From: a virus
Direction: 5' to 3' (one strand)
DNA: 64,000 bases
IMG/VR virus record: IMGVR_UViG_3300027816_000056
Within the stretch, counting starts at the first letter, position 1. Each line of letters opens with the position of its first letter. Below the pieces are notes generated by a model. The model was not told the DNA's origin. It saw nothing but the letters and a program-made list of their open reading frames with translations, and did not search any database. A program made the translations under genes and the position numbers. This document shows positions 29,224-40,341 of the stretch, one piece after another.

Positions 29224-29874
29224 TTATACAGTTACCGCAGTTACTTTTTTAACAGTTACGGTAATTGTTACATTTCCACCAGTTTCATTACCAACAATTG
29301 TAATTGTTGCAGTCTTATCTTCAATATATTGAGGTTTAGCAACAACTCGGAATTCAAATCCAGCAACTGCAACACTTTGTGCATCTTCATTATCTCCGAT
29401 AAATCTAGCAGTTGTTGGAAGTACTGAATTTTGTAATGCTCTAGTAACTTGAATATCTGCAACAGTTGAATCAGATAAAATAGCAGTATAACCTAAATTA
29501 GCATTACCACCTTGTAAATTGCTAGTATTTGGAGTAATTGCAGCACCATCTCCTGGAGCTAACAATGTAATTGAAGTATTACCAACCGTTACTACTGGTA
29601 TATTAGTAGTTTGTTTTGGCAATGTAATTAATTTAGATCGCAATGCTTGAGTTTCATCTGGAATTGCTTCTGTTATTGGCATATTTTCTATAATAACACC
29701 ATAATAATTTGTCCCTAACGGATGATTTGGATTCCATAATGAATAATCAATTTCATCATCACCTAAAGCAAATTGAGTAATTTTAAAGGCATCTCCACCT
29801 TTTGCTAATAATTCTCGTCCTTTAAGAGTTAAAATTGCATCAACTGTTACAGAACTATTATCTAAATATCCCAT
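29224..29874 (-). CDS. Tail/baseplate structural protein
   Basis: LTLKGRELLAKG..FKITQFALGDD resembles tail-collar fibre N-termini; C-terminal beta sandwich. Confidence 0.65.
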   Translation of the reverse strand: MGYLDNSSVTVDAILTLKGRELLAKGGDAFKITQFALGDDEIDYSLWNPNHPLGTNYYGVIIENMPITEAIPDETQALRSKLITLPKQTTNIPVVTVGNTSITLLAPGDGAAITPNTSNLQGGNANLGYTAILSDSTVADIQVTRALQNSVLPTTARFIGDNEDAQSVAVAGFEFRVVAKPQYIEDKTATITIVGNETGGNVTITVTVKKVTAVTV

Positions 29875-29914
29875 ATATTATTCCTATTTTATATAAATAT
29901 GTTATGTTAAAAAA

Positions 29915-32900
29915 TTAAGTTAAAACAAAACTACCTTGATCTCCAGCAGTTTGATATATTAATTGATTTGGATTTGTTTCTCTCCATTCTACTACAGGTT
30001 TACCATCTACAGTCTGTGTAGAGTTCACATTAAAGGCTGGCGATGTCATTTTAGATCCTGCATATTTTTGATTTTCTCTACCACGTGGTAAATGATCTTG
30101 TACTTCAGCAAAACTACCAGTCCATGAATTTGAACTAGACACGTAATAAGAACCAGATGCTAAATAAAATTCTGAAAATACTGAATTTAATACAGCTGGT
30201 AATACTGCTTCACTCGACCAATATGGCGATGATCCTGTTATATATGTACTACCACTTCGAAATAAATACTCATAAGAATATGTAGTACCATCATAGCGTT
30301 TTGCATTAGATGCAGTTAAATATGCTTGCCATTGGTCATCATCTTCCGCTGATAGCGTTAATATTTTACCGTCGATTTCTCCGGAATAATTTAAGTAATC
30401 TCCAGAAGCTGTTGGAGATACACCAGATAACGTAGTATTATATGTATTATCAAATGGTTGAATTTTTGGTAATACTGAAGTTTTATTACGTTCTAATATA
30501 TTTGGTTGTATTAAAATACCAGTTAATTTATCAGTTCGTGCTGGCAATAATTGTTCTAACTGTCGGAAAAATGATAAATCAAACAATGTAAATATCTTTA
30601 TATAAGAATTTATATCATTTCGATCTGCATATTTTTTCCAATAATCTTGAGATTTTTGTATCAATCTAGGATATGATTCTGATTGAGCATCTCCCGGGTC
30701 TCCTATATAATCATCTAACGATAAAAATCCAAAATGAGCAATGATATCTTCATCAATCATTGTTTGCGGTGAAAAATATACTCCTAATTTTTTACTGTCT
30801 AATGGAGCTTTATCAAATTGACTTCGTTCGGCTCTAGTTTTGAAATCTAACGTACCAACTAATTCATTATCTTCTAATCGTATTTTATTGTCATCATACG
30901 TTCCAGCAGCTAAAGATATACCATCAAAGTAATATGTTTCTTCTATAGAATCGTATGGTGTTGCTAAAGTCCAAGATGCAAAAGAAGATGTTATTGTAGA
31001 TGAAACTGGTTGTACTCCAGATAAACTTGCAGTTAATGTATGATTGATTTTTTGAGTTAACGGTAAACGATATACTAATTCTGAATATGTATCTAAATTA
31101 CCGTTATATGCACTAGGAGCTTTAACATGATTATTAAATGCACTATCTGATAAACTGCTAGACCATAATCTTAATTCTTGCAATTGACCTACTAATCTAG
31201 AGGCGCCTGTACTAGTTCCACCTAATGTAACAGATCCAGAATAAGGAAATGAACCTGTTGCTGAAGCAGAAACTGCTGCTACAATTTTACCATATTTAGA
31301 ACGTTTTGCTACAACTTGCAAATTACTTGCTGATGTACGTAGCATTGCAGTTGTCCATTCTCCATCAAATAATTGTATTGCAGCAGATCCTGTACCATTA
31401 ATACTAATCGTACCTTTATTTCCACTAACGAAATCTATTGTAACTGCATGAGAACCTATATTAAATAAATTCATCGTATTTGGAATTCCAGGAAAATCTT
31501 CTACATCTGCAGTTCGAAATCTAAGTTCTACGGTATTGATTGACTGTGAATAAAATGTAGTGACTGTTCCTGCGGCAGATCCGCTTAAATCTAATGCATA
31601 ATCAAAATTTAATTTTTCATATACCGGCGCACGTTCTAATCTAGGTCCTCCATATTCTTTAATTGTCATTATAGATTGTGGAATTCCATAACATGATAAC
31701 AATGCTTGTACACTTCGTTTAGTACCTTTAGATTTTAATAGTAATGGGAGATTATTAACAATTCGTCTCCAAACAGCGTATGTCATATCACGACCAGGCA
31801 CTGATGGATCTCCAACTGTATTGGATCCTGTTAATGGAACTCCTGTTTCAGAAGTACCTAATACATATTGCCATAAATCCTGATATTGATTTCCTTCAGT
31901 TAAATTCCAACCAAATTGTTTTGCTACGGAATATAACAATTCATTTGGCATACCTAATTTAGGATTTTCTTCACGTTTATGTATTTTGGTCATGTGATTG
32001 ATATACATATAAAGTATATCGTAGTGATGACCTAACATGTTAACAAATGTAGCTAAATTTTCATTGGTAGAATCAAATTTAATAAATTCCGGTATTGCTT
32101 TATTTAATGAATTGTAATTTCTATCATCATATAAACTAGCGCTATCATATACTCCAGAAAACCATGTTTTAAATTGTGTACTATTAACTGGATATAATGT
32201 ATATGGTATAGTTGAATTAGATTTAGGAACAGGTGTGATATAACTACCGGTAATTTGTGGAACATTAGGATTTTCTAATGGTATATTGTGTGTAGTTAAT
32301 CTAGATGATGATTCATAGTATAAAAACTTTTCAAATGCATCAAATCCGCTAATTAAATTAGTTTGTTGTTTGCTATAATCTGCAGCATTTGTTGTAGCAA
32401 CACTTCCAGATAATTGCGATATTACAATACTTTGTGAATTATAATATTCTAGTAATTCTAGTTTATATTTAAAATTTTGCAAACGTTCTGTTGCAGAACT
32501 ATAAAAAATAAAATTATTAAAATCAGAATAATCTATATTTAATTTAACACCACTTAACGAACCAGAAAAATACGCATCTACAATTTGTTGTGATGTTTGT
32601 ACAGATGATCCTAATAAATCCGTCCATGTTTTTAAATCCGTTTCTGCAGAAATATTATAAGATGCATTTGCATACCAATTTGGATTGGCTAATTTATTGT
32701 ATTGTTTTTTAGTAACAAAAGGTAATATAGAAATTTTATCTACATATGGAGATTTTTGTTCTTCAACTACCCAACATTTAAAATCTGTTTCTATATCAGC
32801 TGGCAACGGCTCATATAGTTTTACATACAAATATTCACCAACTACGACACTATTAACAAATAATGCACAGCGATTTCTGCTAAAATTTAATAGATATGGT

Positions 32901-33430
32901 TTATACCAACGACTTGAAGTTTGTTTTACCGTTTGTATGTAATTTGTAATTTGAGATAAAAACTCAGGATCTTCAGCATCTATTGCACGTAATCTAAGTT
33001 CCGTACGATCTGGAGATATTTCATCAATTCGTAAATGTTGACGTTCGTAATTACCTATTAAATTTTTAAAAAAGTTTACAGAAATTCTAAAATTTCCAGC
33101 AGTTAAACTTAATTTAGATAATTCATCATATAAATCGATTGCAACTGGTTGTACTGAAAAATTAATTTGTTGATTGGTAATTTTATCTACATATGTTGGT
33201 ATAGAATTTCGTATAGCAACTTTATGCGTACCGGTTATCCAAGAATCTCCCGAATAAACATGTATTTCAATTCTAGATGCATCGGTTTGCGTAGTTATAT
33301 CGGTATTAAAATATATCGATTTGTTTATATCATAACTAACAAATTGAAGTTTTTTATTGTCAATACGTTCTGCCGACACCGAAGCTGGTGCTGTTTGTAT
33401 TTGATCGATATTTTTATATTGAGTTAACAT
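29915..33430 (-). CDS. Large baseplate wedge-like protein (gp7/P2 gpI-like motif plus LamG-like domain)
   Basis: LLKSKGTKRSVQALL motif; GQLQELRLWS LamG-like; position in baseplate cluster. Confidence 0.65.
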   Translation of the reverse strand: MLTQYKNIDQIQTAPASVSAERIDNKKLQFVSYDINKSIYFNTDITTQTDASRIEIHVYSGDSWITGTHKVAIRNSIPTYVDKITNQQINFSVQPVAIDLYDELSKLSLTAGNFRISVNFFKNLIGNYERQHLRIDEISPDRTELRLRAIDAEDPEFLSQITNYIQTVKQTSSRWYKPYLLNFSRNRCALFVNSVVVGEYLYVKLYEPLPADIETDFKCWVVEEQKSPYVDKISILPFVTKKQYNKLANPNWYANASYNISAETDLKTWTDLLGSSVQTSQQIVDAYFSGSLSGVKLNIDYSDFNNFIFYSSATERLQNFKYKLELLEYYNSQSIVISQLSGSVATTNAADYSKQQTNLISGFDAFEKFLYYESSSRLTTHNIPLENPNVPQITGSYITPVPKSNSTIPYTLYPVNSTQFKTWFSGVYDSASLYDDRNYNSLNKAIPEFIKFDSTNENLATFVNMLGHHYDILYMYINHMTKIHKREENPKLGMPNELLYSVAKQFGWNLTEGNQYQDLWQYVLGTSETGVPLTGSNTVGDPSVPGRDMTYAVWRRIVNNLPLLLKSKGTKRSVQALLSCYGIPQSIMTIKEYGGPRLERAPVYEKLNFDYALDLSGSAAGTVTTFYSQSINTVELRFRTADVEDFPGIPNTMNLFNIGSHAVTIDFVSGNKGTISINGTGSAAIQLFDGEWTTAMLRTSASNLQVVAKRSKYGKIVAAVSASATGSFPYSGSVTLGGTSTGASRLVGQLQELRLWSSSLSDSAFNNHVKAPSAYNGNLDTYSELVYRLPLTQKINHTLTASLSGVQPVSSTITSSFASWTLATPYDSIEETYYFDGISLAAGTYDDNKIRLEDNELVGTLDFKTRAERSQFDKAPLDSKKLGVYFSPQTMIDEDIIAHFGFLSLDDYIGDPGDAQSESYPRLIQKSQDYWKKYADRNDINSYIKIFTLFDLSFFRQLEQLLPARTDKLTGILIQPNILERNKTSVLPKIQPFDNTYNTTLSGVSPTASGDYLNYSGEIDGKILTLSAEDDDQWQAYLTASNAKRYDGTTYSYEYLFRSGSTYITGSSPYWSSEAVLPAVLNSVFSEFYLASGSYYVSSSNSWTGSFAEVQDHLPRGRENQKYAGSKMTSPAFNVNSTQTVDGKPVVEWRETNPNQLIYQTAGDQGSFVLT

Positions 33431-33432
33431 AT

Positions 33433-34482
33433 TTATACTGGTCTATTAAAATCATCAACATTTTTACTTGCATCGGTTATTGATAAAAATGTTTCATCGA
33501 CTTTAATAAAATGACCGTCAATTTGTCCTGTTTTAGCGTTAATACCAAAAGTTGTTCCAACTTGAAAATCTTTATTTTCAATTATAAAATCTATATCAAC
33601 AAAACGAGTTTGCCCCGGCTGTAACAATCCGGATTGTCCACTACCAAATGGACCTGCAAATTCTCTACTTAATCCAGAAGTTCCTCCGCGACCTATATAA
33701 AAATCCATATATCCAGGAAATCCTTCAACTAGTTGTTGTGTAGCTTGTGCAAGAGCGGCCGCTTCAGCTTCTGCAACATCAGCAGGATTATTTGGATCTC
33801 CAAAATTGTTAGCATCTATTAAATCCTCAAAATTAATTGTTCGTTCTCCAGATTCGCCTATAAACGAATGTTGTATTCTAGCTCGAACTCGTAAATTTTT
33901 ACCACTATCTTTAACAATTTGATTTACGGTATAAGCATTAGCAGTAGCTTGAGGCAATCCATCTACAACGTTACTTAATTCTATACCTGAAGCTATTAGT
34001 GATGGGCCGCCGAATATTTGTTGATCAGCTGATGGTTTATATCTAGCATAAAACGGATCCGGTGGATCTGAAACTAAATCAGATAAATCAATTTCCGGTA
34101 ATGCTGCAATATCAACACGCGTAACTGGAAATTTATAATATTCAAATCTAGTATCTAAAACTCGTAACATTGATGTTGTTGAAATTTTAGTAGTAGTTGG
34201 TTCAATAATTAATAAAGGATTTTCTGCAGAATTTTCTTGCATTATAATATTTCCAGCAGTATCTCTAGGATGTATATTAACATTATTACTAGTTACAGTT
34301 AATCCGTTTTGTACGTATTTTGTAACTAAAGCATAATCCAATGTATTAAATCGATCTAAAGAATCATCGGAAGGTTTAGATTTAATACTAGCTAAATTAT
34401 TTACATCAAATACATTACTTAAAGTTTGAGTTAACAATCCTTGTATTGGTGTACCTTGTGTTGTTATATTTTTCTTTGCCAT
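33433..34482 (-). CDS. Hypothetical structural protein
   Basis: ORF within the baseplate operon. Confidence 0.6.
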   Translation of the reverse strand: MAKKNITTQGTPIQGLLTQTLSNVFDVNNLASIKSKPSDDSLDRFNTLDYALVTKYVQNGLTVTSNNVNIHPRDTAGNIIMQENSAENPLLIIEPTTTKISTTSMLRVLDTRFEYYKFPVTRVDIAALPEIDLSDLVSDPPDPFYARYKPSADQQIFGGPSLIASGIELSNVVDGLPQATANAYTVNQIVKDSGKNLRVRARIQHSFIGESGERTINFEDLIDANNFGDPNNPADVAEAEAAALAQATQQLVEGFPGYMDFYIGRGGTSGLSREFAGPFGSGQSGLLQPGQTRFVDIDFIIENKDFQVGTTFGINAKTGQIDGHFIKVDETFLSITDASKNVDDFNRPV

Positions 34483-35600
34483 TATCGAATCACTTTAAAG
34501 TAAATTTGATCTGTGATATAATCTTCTACAATTCCATCTTTAATTTTTAATTCTAAACGATAATAACGTTCTGGCATCAATCCGTTTAGATCTAAATAAA
34601 TAAAGTTACTAGTAGAATCACAACTCACTTTACTATAAATATCATCGTATGGAATTATGGTTTCATCTGTAAGAGCATCGATAACTGTGTAATATGTTGT
34701 TGTAGGTAAATACTTAACTGTTTCAATCGGGAATATATTAGTAGGTGATTTTCTAGGATATTTATCACGTCCAAATATTCTAATTTTAGCAACCTCAGTA
34801 TCTTTATACGTAGGTTTTACGCGCGTATATGTAATATATGACTCAGTGTCTATCGAAGTTAGAGATCCTGTTGTAAAAGTGCTATTATCCCAATACATAG
34901 TTAATCTAGGAACATAAATTGTATGAGTTTCTCTAGAAAAGAATCTAACATAACCTTTTATAGAACTATCTGATTCATTTGCATCTGAATACTGTAATAA
35001 AAATCCATAATTGGGTATAGTTGCACCACTACTACCACTCAACCAAATCTTAACAGCATCGGTTACATCCATATTAAGATCTGTAGTACGATAAGAAAAT
35101 GATTCAGACGTTACTAAACCCGCGGATGAGCTTAACGGTTGTGATTGATACATATAACTACCACCAGTACCTAATCCGCCAACATACAATGTACTAGAAC
35201 CAATTTGAACGTTTTGACTGCTAGAATACCATGAACTAGCAGATATAGGATAATTCCAACATACACCATCAGTAGTAGTTCCTGCTAAAAATCCAGTACC
35301 ATTAATCCAATCTTGTCCTACTAATTTTGCAACAATTGTATAATCTGACGGTAAATTTTTTGCATGAGATGTAAATAGCTGCAATACAAATTTACAATCA
35401 TTAACTGTTTTTCCATATTTAGATAATGATGCTGATACTTCTGCCATATCAAATTTAACTACTGATCTAGATTTTAATAAAGTCTCACCATCAGTATCTA
35501 AACGTTTTCCAATTTCTAGTATTTCATCTATACCAGTATTATAATTCGGAACTGATTCGTACAACGTTGCATCTTTTTGTGCATAAAATATTCTAAACAT
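34482..35600 (-). CDS. Baseplate-associated protein (DNRLRE-like domain)
   Basis: KDATLYE..NTGIDEILEI..RSVVKFD..NYGFLL..FFSRET..PRL. Confidence 0.6.
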   Translation of the reverse strand: MFRIFYAQKDATLYESVPNYNTGIDEILEIGKRLDTDGETLLKSRSVVKFDMAEVSASLSKYGKTVNDCKFVLQLFTSHAKNLPSDYTIVAKLVGQDWINGTGFLAGTTTDGVCWNYPISASSWYSSSQNVQIGSSTLYVGGLGTGGSYMYQSQPLSSSAGLVTSESFSYRTTDLNMDVTDAVKIWLSGSSGATIPNYGFLLQYSDANESDSSIKGYVRFFSRETHTIYVPRLTMYWDNSTFTTGSLTSIDTESYITYTRVKPTYKDTEVAKIRIFGRDKYPRKSPTNIFPIETVKYLPTTTYYTVIDALTDETIIPYDDIYSKVSCDSTSNFIYLDLNGLMPERYYRLELKIKDGIVEDYITDQIYFKVIR

Positions 35601-35609
35601 GAATCATCC

Positions 35610-37490
35610 TTAATAATTTACTACCCGTCCTCTAATATCTTGATCCGGAAATTTAACTTCAAAAATACTAGGATCTAGAGAAGGATAAATAACACCGGTT
35701 TTTGTAGCACTTGTTAAATCATAAATATTACCAGAATATCCTGCATCAGAATCATATAAGTTTTTCAAAGTAAATCCAATTACAGATTGAACTCCAGAAA
35801 CTTGTGCTAATATATTAGTAATGTCTGATTTAACTATTGGTTGATTAATTTGCCATTTATCAACATTAAAAAAACTTTTTAATTCATTAATACATTTCAA
35901 TAAAACTTCATTACTATTGTAATTAGGACGAACTGAGATTTCAAAATCAATTCCTATATTGATAATAAATCCATCTTTAATGTTTATTGCATCTGTTAAT
36001 ATTCTATAGTAATTTAAATATGTTTTTAAATTTTCTTTTACTGCATCATTCAATGCAACTAATTGTTTTGATGAATTAAAACCTAAAACATACATATTCA
36101 TTGCTAATGGATTTGCAATTCTAGTTTCAACCAATTGTTTTTGTGATAATTGGTCATCGGGAACAATATATGCCTTTGCAACACTTCCATACTTTGCTGG
36201 CATTGAATATGCACGAATGATATAATCTTCTCTAGTTACTAGACGATTTTGCGATGCAAAACTACCCAATGCATTATTTTTTATATCAATTAATGTATCT
36301 GCAGTTTTTGCACCAGTTGCAGGAACTGTATTTGTAACAGCAACTGTACTTTTGACAAAATTAACTAATGCAGCACTATTAGTTGAATTAATATTTTCAT
36401 TGTATTCTATAAAATCAATATTCGTTAATGTATTTGCTTCAACATTATCCGATATACCATTTCCGACAGTATAAGTTACTGTTAATGTAGTATTAGATGG
36501 AGCCTGCCCGTATGCTCTAGTATATAAAAAGTTTGATGGATCTATATCAATATCTACCGTACGTCTAAATCCTGCTAAACCATTTCCAACATTATCTGGA
36601 TTAGGAATTATTTCTTCATCATTATTATCAGAAACACCTGCTCCGAATTGTAATTCTAATTTATTATCACTTCGTAATCTAGATACAAAACGTTTTGATG
36701 TTTTTCTAAGCTTTAATAAACTAGGAGATGATGATCTATACAAATATAAATCAGGATCATTTTCTAACAAATTAGGTACATCTTCAAAAATAGTATCTTG
36801 TGCTAAATAAGGTACTTGATACCAATTATCACCATCAGACTCTGTAACTGATACAATTTCTATAACGTTAGTATCAGGCAATACTACTTTATCATATGCA
36901 ATCGGAGATCCAAATGTAAATGTAGCTGTTTTAACTTGACCAGAAACAGCTCTTACAGATTTTTTTAAAAGATAATATGTAGGTAAGTTTGTAGTATCAT
37001 CACTTTCGTATACTGTTATTTCAGTTGGATCTATAGATGATGAAAAATTAAAATCAATTGAATCTAAAGTTCTAAACGTAGCTGGCCCATCTTTTTGTCT
37101 TATTCGCATTCCGGGTTTAATTGAAAGTGCAAAGTTAAAATCTGGTGCTACAGCATTTCCAGTACCAATTGATGGAACTAATTGATATACATCTAAATTT
37201 ACGTATGCCGGTATTGCATTATTCGGCGTATAACCTAAAGCACGAGCTAAATCAAATACATTAGCACGTTCAGTTGCTTGTTCTAATAATGATTCTTTTA
37301 AATTAGTGTCTGCGTAAAATGATAAAACATCGCCTACATATGCTGCTAACTCAATAAACAACATACCAGGTGATGATTCATTAAAATCGGTATAAGAATT
37401 CGGAAAATACTGTTTAGTAAATTCAATCAAATTTCTACGTATTTGACCAAAATCTTTTCCTAAATATGATACATCTTTTTTTACTTCCAT
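35610..37490 (-). CDS. Baseplate wedge subunit (T4 gp6-like)
   Basis: DFGQIRRNL..DFNESSPG..LAAYVGDVLSFY; LQFGAG; QNRLVTREDY. Confidence 0.9.
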   Translation of the reverse strand: MEVKKDVSYLGKDFGQIRRNLIEFTKQYFPNSYTDFNESSPGMLFIELAAYVGDVLSFYADTNLKESLLEQATERANVFDLARALGYTPNNAIPAYVNLDVYQLVPSIGTGNAVAPDFNFALSIKPGMRIRQKDGPATFRTLDSIDFNFSSSIDPTEITVYESDDTTNLPTYYLLKKSVRAVSGQVKTATFTFGSPIAYDKVVLPDTNVIEIVSVTESDGDNWYQVPYLAQDTIFEDVPNLLENDPDLYLYRSSSPSLLKLRKTSKRFVSRLRSDNKLELQFGAGVSDNNDEEIIPNPDNVGNGLAGFRRTVDIDIDPSNFLYTRAYGQAPSNTTLTVTYTVGNGISDNVEANTLTNIDFIEYNENINSTNSAALVNFVKSTVAVTNTVPATGAKTADTLIDIKNNALGSFASQNRLVTREDYIIRAYSMPAKYGSVAKAYIVPDDQLSQKQLVETRIANPLAMNMYVLGFNSSKQLVALNDAVKENLKTYLNYYRILTDAINIKDGFIINIGIDFEISVRPNYNSNEVLLKCINELKSFFNVDKWQINQPIVKSDITNILAQVSGVQSVIGFTLKNLYDSDAGYSGNIYDLTSATKTGVIYPSLDPSIFEVKFPDQDIRGRVVNY

Positions 37491-37497
37491 TATGAAC

Positions 37498-37935
37498 TCA
37501 TACTACTGATAATGTATTATCATTGTTTGCAAATATTGTTATTGTTTCAGTATCAAAATTTTGTATGCTGTATTGTATACTGATTTTAATTTGATGTGGT
37601 AACGTAGGATCATCTTCCGCTGTTACGATATCGATATTTTCAATAGTTATGTAAGGTAACCAATATGTTACTGGATCTTGTATTATATCTTGTATTTCTG
37701 GTTTTAATTCATTTGTATTAGGTTGAAATACAATACTTAATAAATTAGTACCATAATTAGGTTGCATATATCTTTCACCGACACGTGTTAATAGCAATGT
37801 TTTTAAATTTTCACGTGTTTGTTTTTGTATTGAATATACGGTTTGAAATATTGATTGTTTATTTGTAAATTTAGCTCCAAAAGCAGTTTCTTGCGTAGTA
37901 GTAGCATTGTTAATATTTTCAAAAACAAATGCCAT
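37498..37935 (-). CDS. Baseplate gp25-like protein
   Basis: NLKTLLLTRVGERYMQPNYGTNL; WLPYI. Confidence 0.9.
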   Translation of the reverse strand: MAFVFENINNATTTQETAFGAKFTNKQSIFQTVYSIQKQTRENLKTLLLTRVGERYMQPNYGTNLLSIVFQPNTNELKPEIQDIIQDPVTYWLPYITIENIDIVTAEDDPTLPHQIKISIQYSIQNFDTETITIFANNDNTLSVV

Positions 37936-38453
37936 TACATACCTTTCTTTTTATTAATAGCTTTCATCAATCCAGAATAATCTCGAGTCATAGCTTGTTG
38001 TACAATTGGATCAACTTCATAAACTTTTCCAGTCTCAGGATCTTCCATTACTTTAGGAGCTTGTGGAGCTAATCCCATTGATTCTTTCATATTTTGTCGC
38101 ATAGCACCAAAATTAACAGCATCTCTAGATGTCATTCGAATTTCTTCCATACCTTCATTCATTATATCTTTAAAACTATTCATTGCCATTGGTCCTTGTT
38201 CAACTAATGCATCAGTTTCATTTAATATAGATGCCCATTTATTTTCGTTGAATTGTACTTTTGGTTTACGAGATGTTGGAGACGGCGTATTTCTATGTCC
38301 TGGCATATTAGATGTTTTTTTAGGTTGTGCCATTTCATTAACAGTAGATTGTAACCCCTCTCGAAGAATTTCCGTCAATTCTTCTTTAATAACCGAACGT
38401 ACTTCTTCACGTACTACCCGTTTTAGTGCTTGTATTAATGTTTTACTATCCAT
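37935..38453 (-). CDS. Hypothetical protein
   Basis: ORF with late promoter (38468-38475); VREE/IKEE/LRE leader. Confidence 0.7.
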   Translation of the reverse strand: MDSKTLIQALKRVVREEVRSVIKEELTEILREGLQSTVNEMAQPKKTSNMPGHRNTPSPTSRKPKVQFNENKWASILNETDALVEQGPMAMNSFKDIMNEGMEEIRMTSRDAVNFGAMRQNMKESMGLAPQAPKVMEDPETGKVYEVDPIVQQAMTRDYSGLMKAINKKKGM

Positions 38454-38494
38454 ATGAATATTTTATAATAAATATGGAGTTATTAAAAATATGA

Positions 38495-39310
38495 TTAATT
38501 CCAACTATCGATGTTTACTTTAGGACCGTATATAGTTTGTGTACGTTCATCAATATAATAATCTCCAGGCTGTCCTAAAGTTTCTCTTGGTACCCCTATT
38601 CCAGTTAAAACTCTACTAGGAGCTTCATTTAAATTTGTTTGTATATTTAATTGTTCATCAATTAATTTTTGTATCGTATCTAATCTTTGTTGCAAATCTT
38701 CATCTGAAACGTTAATATTTCTGTAAAATTCACTAAAATATCTATCTTCCAAATCATCTAAATTAATTGGATCAAGTGCACCATCATCATCTCCTGCTGC
38801 ATCGGTATTTTTACAAATATCATTTATAGCACTATTTGCATTAGATACAGCCTCTGATGCATCTTGCAATGAATCATTGATACTTTCAATTACATTTTGT
38901 AGTACAACTATACAAGCTTTTATGGCTGCAACAGTATCTGCAGAAGATGCAATTGTTTGACCTATAGGACCTTGCGGTACGCCTGGAGCACTAGGTATTG
39001 CTAATTGAGCAGCTCCGACAAATAACGCAGTAGTATTCAATGTACGAAGCCCTGTAGAAATTTGTGGAAAAAATTGAGCCAATTGTTGCATATTTTCTAT
39101 AGATTCTAATAGTATTTGCAATTTATTTTTTAAAATTACAATTTCAATATCATCACAAGAAGCATTTTTTGATAGAGATGAAACAGAATTATTTAAATCA
39201 TTTGCTAATTCATCTAATTTATTCAATTGTTTATTAACAGGTTTTAAAAATTGATTTAAAATTTTAATAGGAACACCTGATATAAGATTAAACGGAAATA
39301 ATGTAGCCAT
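38495..39310 (-). CDS. Hypothetical structural protein
   Basis: Coiled coil; C-terminal GQPGDYYID..IYGPK motif seen in fibre proteins. Confidence 0.6.
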   Translation of the reverse strand: MATLFPFNLISGVPIKILNQFLKPVNKQLNKLDELANDLNNSVSSLSKNASCDDIEIVILKNKLQILLESIENMQQLAQFFPQISTGLRTLNTTALFVGAAQLAIPSAPGVPQGPIGQTIASSADTVAAIKACIVVLQNVIESINDSLQDASEAVSNANSAINDICKNTDAAGDDDGALDPINLDDLEDRYFSEFYRNINVSDEDLQQRLDTIQKLIDEQLNIQTNLNEAPSRVLTGIGVPRETLGQPGDYYIDERTQTIYGPKVNIDSWN

Positions 39311-39318
39311 TGCGATCC

Positions 39319-40341
39319 TTAAAATGTATCTTGATTTATATTTTTATTTTTTGCCCGTTTTAATTCAGATCTAATTTGAGATAAAATTGTAGGGTCGGCT
39401 GTAACCGGAACTCCACTGCTATCAAGTAATCCTCCATTCATTAATTGAATGAAAAGTTTAAATAATTTTATAACTGCAGTACTATGTAATCCAGGTTCTT
39501 TTTCTTTTTTTAGTCCAATAGATAATGTTGGAGCATTTAATTCAATTGCAAACTCTGAATCTAAAACAATCACATCTTGTTTAGATTTTAAAGTTATACG
39601 ATCTGCAACACCGATAAGTTGAGAATTAGAAAAATCCGATTCAGATTTTTTTCCTTGTCGAATAGTATTATTTAATTTAAAATTTGTAAGTTTCTGTGTA
39701 CTTGTTAAATACAAAGAAGATGCATCGGTTTGAATATCTTCTGTAACAAATTTTCGATCGGTTAAATTTTTTCGACCGTTTGATAATATTATAATCGGAT
39801 CTGTTGCAGTAGATTCTGTAGAAACAGTTCCGTTCCATAAAGCAGATTTATAATATGATCCGCCTGTAGATATTGTATTACTAAAACGAATACTATTTCC
39901 ATTACGACCTTCAATAATTACATCACCTTCATATGGCTGTAATGGAGATACTGTTTTTAACTGAAAAGTTTTTCCTGGTTTAGTATTATCAATTTCAGTT
40001 TGTGTTTTACCACCCGATAAACCTGGCAATAAATTAGCATTAGTTGATGAATTAATATTTAGTGTTTGAAGATAATACCATGACTCTCTTTTTTGTGTTG
40101 AATCAGAAGCTTGATTAAATGTACGATAAATTAAAACTATTTCTCCAACTAATGGAATTTGTTTAATATTAGCAGTACCCGGTCGAACTATAAAAGGTTT
40201 TTTATTGAAATAATGTAAACACGATCTAACTTTGATTGAAAATAAATTACCAACGTTGGTATTTGCTTGAGCAGGATCTATGTATTGATATGTGTCATTG
40301 TATTCTAATACTTCTGCAATATCAAATTCAATTTGATTCAT
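39319..40341 (-). CDS. Baseplate hub/central spike (gp5-like)
   Basis: OB-like PLVGEIVLI; EGDVIIEGRNGNSIRF; beta-helix-like C-terminus. Confidence 0.6.
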   Translation of the reverse strand: MNQIEFDIAEVLEYNDTYQYIDPAQANTNVGNLFSIKVRSCLHYFNKKPFIVRPGTANIKQIPLVGEIVLIYRTFNQASDSTQKRESWYYLQTLNINSSTNANLLPGLSGGKTQTEIDNTKPGKTFQLKTVSPLQPYEGDVIIEGRNGNSIRFSNTISTGGSYYKSALWNGTVSTESTATDPIIILSNGRKNLTDRKFVTEDIQTDASSLYLTSTQKLTNFKLNNTIRQGKKSESDFSNSQLIGVADRITLKSKQDVIVLDSEFAIELNAPTLSIGLKKEKEPGLHSTAVIKLFKLFIQLMNGGLLDSSGVPVTADPTILSQIRSELKRAKNKNINQDTF

